Source: a virus
Lineage: Duplodnaviria > Caudoviricetes
Direction: 5' to 3' (one strand)
Length of the DNA: 24,642 nucleotides
Virus record (IMG/VR): IMGVR_UViG_3300021197_001706
Location: 1-24,642 of that record
Shown here: in pieces, positions 15,573 to 24,642 of the stretch
Numbering within the stretch: the first letter of the stretch is position 1
Layout of the letters: each line of letters opens with the position of its first letter
Program-made: the position numbers and the translations under genes
The notes under the pieces: model-generated
What the model saw: the letters and a program-made list of their open reading frames with translations, nothing else
What the model was told of the DNA's origin: nothing
The model's database searches: none

Positions 15573-16733
15573 TTATGCTGTAGGTCCACTAGTATTCGGA
15601 GTAAAGTTGCTGGTTTTTACTGTTATTCCTTGTTGCACTACTACCTGCTCCATATATCCATGAAGATTATAATTACTTAAATTCTGACCTCCACCAAATT
15701 CAGTTCTCTTAGTTGTGCATACTGCAGCTGCGGTAGTAGTAGAATCAACCAGAGTTCCATCTACAAATAGTCTATGAGTTGTTCCATCCCAGTTAAGCAT
15801 AACATGATACCAAGTTCCATTGCTTAAAGTACCACTAGTAAGTTTCACAGTACCACCAGGAATTCTCATAACTAGAAGGTTCTCTTGAAATCCAAATAAT
15901 AATCTACCTGGATCTGAAGAATCATATTGATCTACAAGTATTCCCATATCAGAAGAACTATTGCCTGCACCTCCAGAGCCATTTGTATATTGCGCCCAAC
16001 ATTGGAACTGCCATGAACTCAATGAATCATCTAAGAAAACATTATTTCCTGCATAGAAATATTGAGGAGAGTCACTACCATTAAAGTCAAATGACCCAGA
16101 TCCAGTTCTGCTAGTACTATGATTAGCAGCTAAATTAGTACCAACTTTGGTAACAGTATATGAATTTGGACCGCTATCAGTGAAACCAGATCCTTCAGCA
16201 TAGAATACTGTGCCAGATGGATAAGATCCACCACCACCATCAATTAACACAGTATCATCTAATCTAATGCCAAAGTATGAAGGGTTAGCCGCCCCGCCAA
16301 TCCACTGAAGTGCAATACTTGACAAAGATCCACTGCTACCAACTTTACTGGTAATATCAACAAATGCTGTAGGATCTCCGAGGTAATATTGATTAGCAGT
16401 TTTCATTTCTGGAACAATATCATATCCATTAACTTTCATAAATCCACTATTACCACCAACCTGACCTGAAGTAGCACCCATACTGCCCATAATTTCAATT
16501 TTAGAAGACCATGATAATGCATTACCTGTGTTAGTGAAGGATACAGTAGCTGCCGCAGCGCCATTGGTTCCACCACCCCATCCACTGGTCGCTCCAGATC
16601 CATCAAACATTCTACCAATATTTGCAAGAGTCGCATCCCCCTGAGAGTTTGTCATTGATGTTGCCAAGTCACTATAAATGACACTACCACCACCAGAAGA
16701 ACCACCATAACCAAGTAACATTTGTTGCATCAT
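15573..16733 (-). CDS. LamG/concanavalin-A-like lectin domain protein (386 aa); putative receptor-binding/adhesin
   Basis: AAGGAG SD overlaps the upstream stop. The C-terminal WQFQCW...GTWYHVMLNWDGTTHRLFVDGTLV...GYMEQV...SNFTP fits Laminin_G_3. The N-terminus is MMQQMLLG followed by a Gly linker. Confidence 0.8.
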   Translation of the reverse strand: MMQQMLLGYGGSSGGGSVIYSDLATSMTNSQGDATLANIGRMFDGSGATSGWGGGTNGAAAATVSFTNTGNALSWSSKIEIMGSMGATSGQVGGNSGFMKVNGYDIVPEMKTANQYYLGDPTAFVDITSKVGSSGSLSSIALQWIGGAANPSYFGIRLDDTVLIDGGGGSYPSGTVFYAEGSGFTDSGPNSYTVTKVGTNLAANHSTSRTGSGSFDFNGSDSPQYFYAGNNVFLDDSLSSWQFQCWAQYTNGSGGAGNSSSDMGILVDQYDSSDPGRLLFGFQENLLVMRIPGGTVKLTSGTLSNGTWYHVMLNWDGTTHRLFVDGTLVDSTTTAAAVCTTKRTEFGGGQNLSNYNLHGYMEQVVVQQGITVKTSNFTPNTSGPTA

Positions 16734-16747
16734 GTCTAAATATCTCC

Positions 16748-18841
16748 TTATGTTAATTGAGTACCAGAAATAGCAAACTCATTAGAAGCGGTACAAATAA
16801 CTGTAGCCATTCCTTTTGCTGCTATTGTTCTAGTTCCAGTTGCTGCATCAGCAGTATTATACAGTGTGCCAGCTGCTGTAATTGTCAGAGTACCAGTGCC
16901 GACATTAAAGAATGAAACCATATCACCAGCTGAGAATACATCATTAGGGAAATTTATAGTCTGTCCACTGCCACTCTGTCTGATCAACTGACCTGCATAG
17001 GCAGCAGTTAAAGTAAATCCGGTGCTAGCAGGATCAACCTTAACTCTTCTTACTGGACCTAGTGAGTCACTGACTGTGCCAGTAAACACGGCGCTGCCAT
17101 TAGTATCCAACTTGACGTTGTAGTTACTAGATGAAGCACTACCAGTATCTTTCAGATAGATACTTGAATCAGTGATGTTAACTTGAGTGGCATTTCCAAC
17201 CGTTACGCTGTTGCCAGCAAACGTGGCGTTGCCTGCTGAAGTAATAGAAGCGTTTACCGTCCCATTTAATGCAGCATGGAAACAACCATCACCTGATACA
17301 GTGCGGTCAACTTTACAAACACCACCAAACGTGGATGCCCCCGAGTTATCAATTGTCAAAGCATCAGAAACATTGCCTAGAATAAATTTGTCATTATCGC
17401 CTCTGTATTTTACCCAAGCTTTTGCAGTGCCATCTTTGTAAAAATAAACATTGCCATGGTTATTTCCAGTGTTGTAAATACCGACATTTCCTGCTACATT
17501 AAAATCAATATTAGTTTCCCATGCTGTATTAGCATTACTATAAGTAATAGTCTTATCAGTAGCTCCTTTCAGTGTAATACCACCACCATCTGCTGTAGTA
17601 TCAGAAGGAGCTGATACATTACCAAGTTCAATATTCTTATCTTCTACGGTTAAAGTAGTTGAGTCAATGGTAGTTGTAGTTCCAGAGATATCAAGGTTAC
17701 CTACAATATAAAGATCTTTCCAGACAACAACTCTTTCATTGCCAGTATCAGTTCTAAACTGCATCCAGTCAATTGAACTACCAGTTTTTCTGATATGCAG
17801 GGCAGATACTTCATTATCTGGAATATAAATGTAATTATTTGACGTATTTGTAAATTCTAGACTTTGTTTTACAACTATTTTAGTATTAAATGTTGTTGTG
17901 CCAACACCACCAGAGTTTCCAATTATAACATCATTATTATTGATTAAAAGATTAAATGTATTCTCTGATGAAAGAAGTTCCCCGCCATTAACAGCTATTT
18001 TGCCGGAGAGATTCATGTCATCACTAAGGACATTAAAGTTAGTATTTCCACCACCACCAGCAATACCCATATTAATGGTGGTAGCAGCACCGAAGGCATT
18101 GACTGTAGTTGCTACAGTATTAAAAAGATCTTGTGTGGTTTCTGATCCAAGAATAGCGGGATTTCTAAGTGTCAGAGTTCCTGTAGTTGCACCGAGGCGA
18201 ATATCAGTACCAGCACCAAATGCTTCTACGGTTGTTGCATAATCATCAAATAAATCAACTGTGGTTTGAGTATTAGGAACTCTAACATCACCTGAGTCTA
18301 CCTGAAGATATCCTGTGAAGGTTGAATTTTCATCAACAGTCAGTGTATCAATGCTAGCAGTACCATCAACCCAAATATTATTCCACTGTTTTGTAACAGA
18401 ACCTAAGTTATAGTTTGCAGTGCTATCTGGGACAATACTGGAAGTAAGTTCTGCATTGAAAACAATATTATCAGTATTAAGATCACCAAATGTTAGTGTA
18501 CCACCTGATGCAGCACCAGCTCTAAATGTAATATCACCGTCTACTTCTAAATCACCACTAATTGATAAACTACTAGTAAGACCAATCTTACTTGCATTTA
18601 CCTTGTAAAAACCTTGCCCAGAATCCCAAAATAAACTTGGCGATGCAAACGTACCAGGATCCATCCCATGGGTCTGGTTAATTAAATCAACATCACCGTT
18701 CACAATTTCATTGATCCCACTGACAAGTACATTTGTCGGAGTCAATAAGGTAGATGCATCACCAACATCAGTACCGATGAGGTTAATCATCTGGCGCTGT
18801 TGCTCAAATGTAAAGCTTGTAAGGACTTCTCTAATTGCCAT
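16748..18841 (-). CDS. Tail fibre-like protein (697 aa)
   Basis: N-terminal TFEQQRQMIN, shaft motifs (GNLDISGTTTTIDSTTLTVEDKNIELG; ADGGGITLKGATDKTI), duplicated LF..(Y/V)ATTV.AFGA.T.I..G, and a C-terminal VFSAGDMVSFFN...GMATV....NEFAISG..LT domain, all typical of cyanophage fibres. Confidence 0.8.
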   Translation of the reverse strand: MAIREVLTSFTFEQQRQMINLIGTDVGDASTLLTPTNVLVSGINEIVNGDVDLINQTHGMDPGTFASPSLFWDSGQGFYKVNASKIGLTSSLSISGDLEVDGDITFRAGAASGGTLTFGDLNTDNIVFNAELTSSIVPDSTANYNLGSVTKQWNNIWVDGTASIDTLTVDENSTFTGYLQVDSGDVRVPNTQTTVDLFDDYATTVEAFGAGTDIRLGATTGTLTLRNPAILGSETTQDLFNTVATTVNAFGAATTINMGIAGGGGNTNFNVLSDDMNLSGKIAVNGGELLSSENTFNLLINNNDVIIGNSGGVGTTTFNTKIVVKQSLEFTNTSNNYIYIPDNEVSALHIRKTGSSIDWMQFRTDTGNERVVVWKDLYIVGNLDISGTTTTIDSTTLTVEDKNIELGNVSAPSDTTADGGGITLKGATDKTITYSNANTAWETNIDFNVAGNVGIYNTGNNHGNVYFYKDGTAKAWVKYRGDNDKFILGNVSDALTIDNSGASTFGGVCKVDRTVSGDGCFHAALNGTVNASITSAGNATFAGNSVTVGNATQVNITDSSIYLKDTGSASSSNYNVKLDTNGSAVFTGTVSDSLGPVRRVKVDPASTGFTLTAAYAGQLIRQSGSGQTINFPNDVFSAGDMVSFFNVGTGTLTITAAGTLYNTADAATGTRTIAAKGMATVICTASNEFAISGTQLT

Positions 18842-19034
18842 TGGTAAGTTTCTTTAATAACTGCTTGATTTCATCAAGTTCTTGCTTCAAAGTATTTATC
18901 TCCGAAACCATCCCTTCTCTATTTGCCTTTGCTTTCATATAACGTTCATAGTCTGCCCGACTAGAATTGATCACAGCACCACTATTAGGATCCCGATATA
19001 GGTTGCTATGACCTTCAACTTTTATTTTAATCAT
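18831..19034 (-). CDS. Small protein with C-terminal coiled coil (67 aa)
   Basis: ATGA overlap with the upstream stop and an 11-nt overlap with the downstream start. KVEGHSNLYRDPNSGAVIN...NTLKQELDEIKQLL is a pattern I associate with the gene after VrlC-like genes in cyanomyophages. Confidence 0.8.
   Translation of the reverse strand: MIKIKVEGHSNLYRDPNSGAVINSSRADYERYMKAKANREGMVSEINTLKQELDEIKQLLKKLTNGN
18893..18899 (-). promoter_or_regulatory. Candidate late promoter (g)ATAAATA(CT) for the fibre gene
   Basis: ATAAATACT inside the 67-aa gene, about 50 nt upstream of the 697-aa start. Confidence 0.5.
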
Positions 19035-22000
19035 GAATGTGCAATTACGCGAAGATCTTCAATTCGTGGAGCGAGTGCAGGATCACCACCGACAAATACC
19101 AATTTAATTGCAAATGCCGAGAATGGTTTTAAATTATTCGCAGTGTACATATATTCTAGATAAGAATTTATATCTTCCATTGAAGGTGACAATGATTTAG
19201 TTTGCTCTGGAGTAATGTCTGAATTGAAATCAGAAAGTCCCGTACCATTGAAATATTGCCACCCGATCTCAGAGAAATTGTCCGAACTTCCATCTGGACG
19301 AATCTTAAAGAGAACCTTAACATTTTGATTGCTAAACAAGTTAGCCGTTAACTTACAATCTAAAGATGTTGCAGGACTATCTAGACTTACCTCTTTAGTA
19401 ATATACTTAGAGGCAGAAGAACTATTAAATGTAGTCTCATCAACATAGAGGAATCCATTACTTCGGGAGACTGCACTAACAAGTCTATTAGTTACTGGAG
19501 AAGTTCCTGAATTCGTATCATCAATTCGGTCATTTACGGAGAAAAGATTGTCAGTAATTACTTTCACTTTTAGATTTCCAGTACCAGAATCCCATCCAAT
19601 AACAATACCAGTCTTGATTACAATACCTCCTAACGTTGCAGACGTACTTCCTTGAGTAACAGATTGTCCATCAACAAATGTTCCTGTGATATCAATTACT
19701 TCAAGTATGCCACCATTTACATTTACAATTTGAGCAGATGCACCAGAACCAGATTGAGTTAATCTACTGGCACTGTCAGCAGTATTACTAAATGTTCCTC
19801 CCGTTATGCCACTTGCAGTAAATTGTCCAGCTTCAACAACGTCAGGAGAAACTGTAGATACAGTAAAATCAGAAGTTGTTGGCACAACTAATGTTTGTGA
19901 AATAGCACCAAATCTATCTTCACTTCCGGTAGGATTATCCATTCGTGAAGACGCTGTAATTAAATTACAACGATTGAGATCAACAACAGGAGAAAGATTG
20001 TCCTGATCAGTACTCATTGAAATAGTATAAGTTACAGACTTATTACCATTCAAAAGTGAAGCTTGATTACGATAAACTTCATTAATACCAGATGCAATCA
20101 CTCTAGATTCTTCAAAATAATAATTATCATTTGGACTTAGATTAAAAGTAGGTGAAATCGTATATTCATTGGTTATCGCAGAATCAATTGGTTTTCCAAA
20201 TGCGGTCTTGATGTTTTGAGATACAGATGATGATGGGAATGATAACATTGAAACTTGAGGAGTTGCAATTTGATACAACTTATTAGTCGTGGCTATAGCA
20301 TTAAAACCACCACCAGATCCACTACCAGTCATATTGACATTTGAAGAGTTCCATAATGTTGTGCTAATCATTATGCAATAATCATCAAGACCAGCATTTT
20401 GGACAGAGTGGAATCCATTGATCAATGTAACAGGAATTCCAAATATTGAATTGTTTGCTCCAGATCCTACAATGTTCTTAAGGATAACAAAATCGCCGTC
20501 CTTCATTCCGTGATTTGGTTGTTTCACGCGAATAACTTTTTGATTGGTGCCAAACAGTTCAGAAGATCCATCAGTATTATCAACAGTAATTGGATTATCT
20601 GGTAGATTTACTAAATCAAGATCTTCATTTCTGAATTCAATTGATGCAGTTGAGTTAGTTTGAAATAAACACCTATTTACATCAAATTTAATTGCTTCGG
20701 CAGTATCTTCAGACCATGCTGTAGAATTTTGAGATTTAAATAAGGATCCTACATTAGATTGAGCAGATGCAATGACAGAACTTCCAAGAAGTTTGTCTCC
20801 AATCTTAGCACTATAAATTTCATAATCAGGTGATGAAGATGAAACTACAAATGCATATTTTGTATCGTTTTGTAGATATACTGGTGATGTAAATTTAAAT
20901 CTAGTCCTTGTATTGCTATCAGTTGAAGTTGAAATTCCCATTCTCACAGCAGGATTAGTCATCCTAATGAATGCTGTTGCCGTTGCTTGTCCATCACCAC
21001 CATTGATAGTGACATTAGGCGCAGTATAATAATTTGAACCTCTATTTGATAATTCAACTTCATAAATTTTTCCATCATAAATTTTTGCGGTGCCAGTGGC
21101 ATTTACACCAAATGTTCCTCCGTTTTCACCAAATACATTGACTGATGTTGTAGAATTATCATAAGTGCTTCCAAATGATGTCACTTTAATTCTATCAACA
21201 ACACCAGAGTCTTCATCAATATTAAATGTTGTTGTAGAAATAGCAGGAGCTCTATCTACAGTAAATGCTTCGCCTGGAATAAATTCTTTACCATTATGAT
21301 TAGTTAGAATTAAATTATATCTTGTATCAGTTGTTGTAACTATCGTATCTTTCTTGACTGTTCCCGATGCTCCTGATGTTGTACCTTTGATAGTTTCACC
21401 TTGTTTGATGGTCTCGCCAGATGGAACATTGGTATTAATTTTAATTCTAAGTTGAGTATCTGACTCAAGTGTAGATTCACTAAATGGAAGTACATTTCTG
21501 GTAGGCAATCCACCATTAGTATCAACCAAATAAACTGTTACCGGTCTGTTAGTTTCTTCATTAGTAGGAGTCAGTTTGTTCTTGAAGTATAAATCTACAC
21601 TAGATACAAAAATTCCTCCGTCAAATCCAGAGACTTTGAAGGTTTGTGCAAGAGGATCTAATAAACCAGTTTGGTTTACATTTACTAAGGAACTTCCAAC
21701 ATATTGAACTGTGTCAGAATTTGAAGTAGATCTTCTATTGATGTAAGGAACTCTTGTTGATTGAATTGATGTAGTAGAAGTATTGGGAAGACCACTTACA
21801 GTATATACTGCCTCCGTAAATGTAGTTACATCACTAGAATCGCTAGAATTATTACTACTAGAAGTTAATCTAAATGACTTACTACCAGCAACAAAAGATC
21901 TTTTAGTACTGGCATTATCATAAAATGTATCTGGGGAGTTGGTGATATCTAAACTTTTTCTACTCTTTCTGGGTGCGAATCCATTCGGAATCAAGAAGAA

Positions 22001-24640
22001 ACCACTGATATTACCTTTGCCATCTGTAACAATCTTTTCACCAAAACCTTTCTCAGCATAACCAGCTTCTCCAGTAAATGGGGTGGTTAAGCTAGTAACA
22101 TTATCTGGGTTGACCCATGAAGAAACACTAATGCCATCAAAGAAAGCATAAAGTTGAGTATCTGGTTCAAGACCTTTTGCGACAAATTTTACAAGTTTAG
22201 TTCTAACATAAGGAACATATGGTGTGGAAACAGCTCTCTGACCTCTATCCACAGAAGATGCTCCATATGGAGATAACCTGTTTTGAGTTCCATTTCTACT
22301 TCTAGTTCTGGTTTTTCCTTTAATGACCAAATTAGGATCACCGGCAAATTGTGAACTAGTTGTATTGGAGGAATTATTCAGTGTATATGTTGGAGTTCCA
22401 GTCCAGGAGATCTGCCATTCATTCCAAAAACTTCCCCAAGTATTATTGTCATTCTTAATGACATCAAATATTGAATTTTCATTAACAATTAATTCGGGAG
22501 ATGTTGTAGTATCTTTCCATTCATCAACATCAGGTTGCAACACCATCATTCCAGAATACTTGGATGTTTTACCTTTATTCAAGATAAGTGTTTTTGTTGA
22601 ATATTGATTTGTAACAGTATTCTGCTCAGTGAACGGAAGAGTAATTAAATCACCCTTTTTAGTATATCCACTTGCAGTTCTTTGTGGATCAGTAAGATTT
22701 TTCTCTTCAAGTTTAGTTTGGGAAGAAGCAAAACTTGGTCTAAGAACACCAGTTTGTGTGTCAATAGAACATTTATAATCTATAGACGAAGTATTTCCTA
22801 CTCCATGCCCTTCAAAGTTATCTACAAGAATACCATTCTTAAACCTGTCATTACCAAACTCATCCCTTACTTGAGTGTTAAATGTATCCTGCTCCAGGAG
22901 ACTTAATACCGTATAGTATTCAAGTTTTTCAATTCTCTTCTCAAGTTTACCAATATCACGCATCGTGTAACGACGGTTGTCAAAACTCTTTGTGGTAATA
23001 TCAGATAATTTGTAAGTATATGCTGGAATATTTAAATGGTATAGAAGAATTCCATCAGAAATTTCTCCCGGAACTTGTGGATTGAGAGAAGGAGTTCCCT
23101 TCGCAACAACAAAGTTACCGGATTTAGAAATATAAATGGAATCAATTCTATTTAAATAAAATTCATAGCTAGACTCAAATGCAGTTCCTGAAATAGGTAA
23201 AGGAGCAGAAGATGATCCTGCACCAGTAAATTTCAAAGCATCAATTGTTCTCGCATCACTATACCCAGGAAGAAGTGTTGCCGTATTAACGCCAGTAAAA
23301 TCTGATACCCTTGGTCTGAAATCAACAACATCTCTCAGAGAAATTTTTCCATATACTGACGAATCATAGTTAGGAATGTCGCTATAGTTAATTTCAGTAT
23401 AAGAGTCAACAGTAAAGTAACCACTGCCAGCATTTCCTGTACCAACTCCACCAATATGATCAAAGTAATCATATACTGCTAATAACTGATTACTTGGAGC
23501 AATCTCCCCTGGTTTTAGGATAAGTCGTGCAAGATCATAGTGAGTATCTCTTTGACCACCATCAAATGTAAATCTATCAGTAATCTCAACATCACTATTA
23601 GTTGCAGGTGCTGTTGTTGATGACATATAAACTGCTTTCAGTTGATAACCATCAGCATATTCAAGAGGAATTACAGGATCATTAAATCCAGTTGCAATAT
23701 TTGTCTCTACATTAGATTTAAGAACCTTAGTTTTTGGTGAAGTATCAATTTTTCTTACCGGAGCAATAAGTTTGAACGGTGAGTTTGCAAACCCAGTAAA
23801 CCCACTCATATCAATGGTGATGCTTGCCGCATTAGCACCCACTGAAACCTTTCCAGAAATATCAAGAAGATTTCCACTAGTGGGATTAGACATAACATAA
23901 TCACCAGCAGAATAACTAAGGAACTGTTCGTTAGTTCCAACAGTTACACTCGCTAAAGAGTTAGCATCAAAATTACCTAAAAATTCTCTTGCTACAGTAT
24001 AGTTGATATTGGTGTTATTAGGATCTAAAACTTGAGTCTTAACATGTTTATTGGGAAGTGGGTATAGAAGTGTGTTAGAGGCGACTCCAGACAACTTAGA
24101 ACGCTTCCTTTGAATACTTTTGGTAGTGAAAGTAGATAAAACTAGACCATATACGAAAATTCTTGATGTAGTAGTAGCTCCATCAATACATGCAAATTTC
24201 ACGACATACTTTCTGGCACGTCCGGCATTATCAATGACAGAAATAATATCTCCATCAATTAAATCAAGATCTGGTCTTGATCCAAGATTATCTGCAGTAA
24301 TAAAATAATCACCTTGCGTAGCACTAAAATTTGCTCCACCCGCAACCGCAAACGATGATTCTAGAGAACCAATGTCACCAGCAAAAGGATTTCCTGTGGT
24401 AGTTCCATAGAAACTCTTAACGAAAGATGAATTATAAGTTACTATATTTTTGTAGTTCATAACAGGAGTAACTACAGCTCCAGAACCTGCTGTCGCGACA
24501 ATCTCAATTTCGGGAGCTGTATTGAATTTACCAATAGCAGCTCTAGTTGTATCAGTAACTGTAATTACTCTAAGTTGATTATTTGTTACATTAATATTTG
24601 TTGTGTCAATTGCAGTAAGTTGATTTACCCCACCAATATT
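19031..24640 (-). CDS. 5'-truncated VrlC-like / DUF4815 virion structural protein (about 1869 aa visible)
   Basis: The frame is open from the window end (NIGGVNQLTAID...VTPVMNYK). Motifs DGGQRDTHYD, LRDVVDFRP, NRRYTMRDIGKLEKRIEKLEYYTVLSLLE, DRFKNGILVDNF, DPLAQTF, SLFKSQN..WS and P.IEDLRVIA are present. Confidence 0.88.
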   Translation of the reverse strand, partial: NIGGVNQLTAIDTTNINVTNNQLRVITVTDTTRAAIGKFNTAPEIEIVATAGSGAVVTPVMNYKNIVTYNSSFVKSFYGTTTGNPFAGDIGSLESSFAVAGGANFSATQGDYFITADNLGSRPDLDLIDGDIISVIDNAGRARKYVVKFACIDGATTTSRIFVYGLVLSTFTTKSIQRKRSKLSGVASNTLLYPLPNKHVKTQVLDPNNTNINYTVAREFLGNFDANSLASVTVGTNEQFLSYSAGDYVMSNPTSGNLLDISGKVSVGANAASITIDMSGFTGFANSPFKLIAPVRKIDTSPKTKVLKSNVETNIATGFNDPVIPLEYADGYQLKAVYMSSTTAPATNSDVEITDRFTFDGGQRDTHYDLARLILKPGEIAPSNQLLAVYDYFDHIGGVGTGNAGSGYFTVDSYTEINYSDIPNYDSSVYGKISLRDVVDFRPRVSDFTGVNTATLLPGYSDARTIDALKFTGAGSSSAPLPISGTAFESSYEFYLNRIDSIYISKSGNFVVAKGTPSLNPQVPGEISDGILLYHLNIPAYTYKLSDITTKSFDNRRYTMRDIGKLEKRIEKLEYYTVLSLLEQDTFNTQVRDEFGNDRFKNGILVDNFEGHGVGNTSSIDYKCSIDTQTGVLRPSFASSQTKLEEKNLTDPQRTASGYTKKGDLITLPFTEQNTVTNQYSTKTLILNKGKTSKYSGMMVLQPDVDEWKDTTTSPELIVNENSIFDVIKNDNNTWGSFWNEWQISWTGTPTYTLNNSSNTTSSQFAGDPNLVIKGKTRTRSRNGTQNRLSPYGASSVDRGQRAVSTPYVPYVRTKLVKFVAKGLEPDTQLYAFFDGISVSSWVNPDNVTSLTTPFTGEAGYAEKGFGEKIVTDGKGNISGFFLIPNGFAPRKSRKSLDITNSPDTFYDNASTKRSFVAGSKSFRLTSSSNNSSDSSDVTTFTEAVYTVSGLPNTSTTSIQSTRVPYINRRSTSNSDTVQYVGSSLVNVNQTGLLDPLAQTFKVSGFDGGIFVSSVDLYFKNKLTPTNEETNRPVTVYLVDTNGGLPTRNVLPFSESTLESDTQLRIKINTNVPSGETIKQGETIKGTTSGASGTVKKDTIVTTTDTRYNLILTNHNGKEFIPGEAFTVDRAPAISTTTFNIDEDSGVVDRIKVTSFGSTYDNSTTSVNVFGENGGTFGVNATGTAKIYDGKIYEVELSNRGSNYYTAPNVTINGGDGQATATAFIRMTNPAVRMGISTSTDSNTRTRFKFTSPVYLQNDTKYAFVVSSSSPDYEIYSAKIGDKLLGSSVIASAQSNVGSLFKSQNSTAWSEDTAEAIKFDVNRCLFQTNSTASIEFRNEDLDLVNLPDNPITVDNTDGSSELFGTNQKVIRVKQPNHGMKDGDFVILKNIVGSGANNSIFGIPVTLINGFHSVQNAGLDDYCIMISTTLWNSSNVNMTGSGSGGGFNAIATTNKLYQIATPQVSMLSFPSSSVSQNIKTAFGKPIDSAITNEYTISPTFNLSPNDNYYFEESRVIASGINEVYRNQASLLNGNKSVTYTISMSTDQDNLSPVVDLNRCNLITASSRMDNPTGSEDRFGAISQTLVVPTTSDFTVSTVSPDVVEAGQFTASGITGGTFSNTADSASRLTQSGSGASAQIVNVNGGILEVIDITGTFVDGQSVTQGSTSATLGGIVIKTGIVIGWDSGTGNLKVKVITDNLFSVNDRIDDTNSGTSPVTNRLVSAVSRSNGFLYVDETTFNSSSASKYITKEVSLDSPATSLDCKLTANLFSNQNVKVLFKIRPDGSSDNFSEIGWQYFNGTGLSDFNSDITPEQTKSLSPSMEDINSYLEYMYTANNLKPFSAFAIKLVFVGGDPALAPRIEDLRVIAHS

Positions 24641-24642
24641 AA

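Noticed and set aside
16736-16742. Plus-strand CTAAATA as an antisense late promoter
   Set aside because: It is a short motif in the AT-rich SD-to-ATG spacer with no plus-strand gene downstream, so chance is likely.
24458-24460. ATG at 24460 (and ATG at 210) as true starts
   Set aside because: Both frames remain open to the window edge with protein-like sequence, so the genes are truncated by the window.

Overview
This window looks like the virion structural (tail/baseplate/fibre) region of a T4-like marine cyanomyophage (Kyanoviridae-like). That call comes from recognised protein motifs and T4-type late promoters; no search was run. Eleven minus-strand genes run from a 5'-truncated VrlC/DUF4815-type protein through a fibre-like protein, a LamG-lectin partner, small adaptor or chaperone-like proteins, a 391-aa protein, a 2099-aa repeat protein and a stand-alone Mtd_N-like peptide to a 1897-aa multidomain protein. 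They converge at a bidirectional terminator on a 5'-truncated plus-strand 2OG-Fe(II) oxygenase-like gene. Main observations: (i) a 68-aa acidic coiled-coil gene has a perfect sigma70 promoter (TTGACA-N17-TATAAT) and a terminator whose loop holds a late promoter, so it may be an early-expressed island inside a late operon, possibly a gp57A-like fibre chaperone; (ii) the 391-aa gene appears strongly expressed, while the 2099-aa hierarchical repeat gene sits behind a terminator and shows mosaic identical DNA blocks, suggesting a subunit-plus-scaffold appendage; (iii) the 1897-aa protein contains a cupredoxin-like Cu-ligand motif and a very Tyr/Trp-rich insert. I saw no RNA genes, CRISPR arrays or mobile elements.
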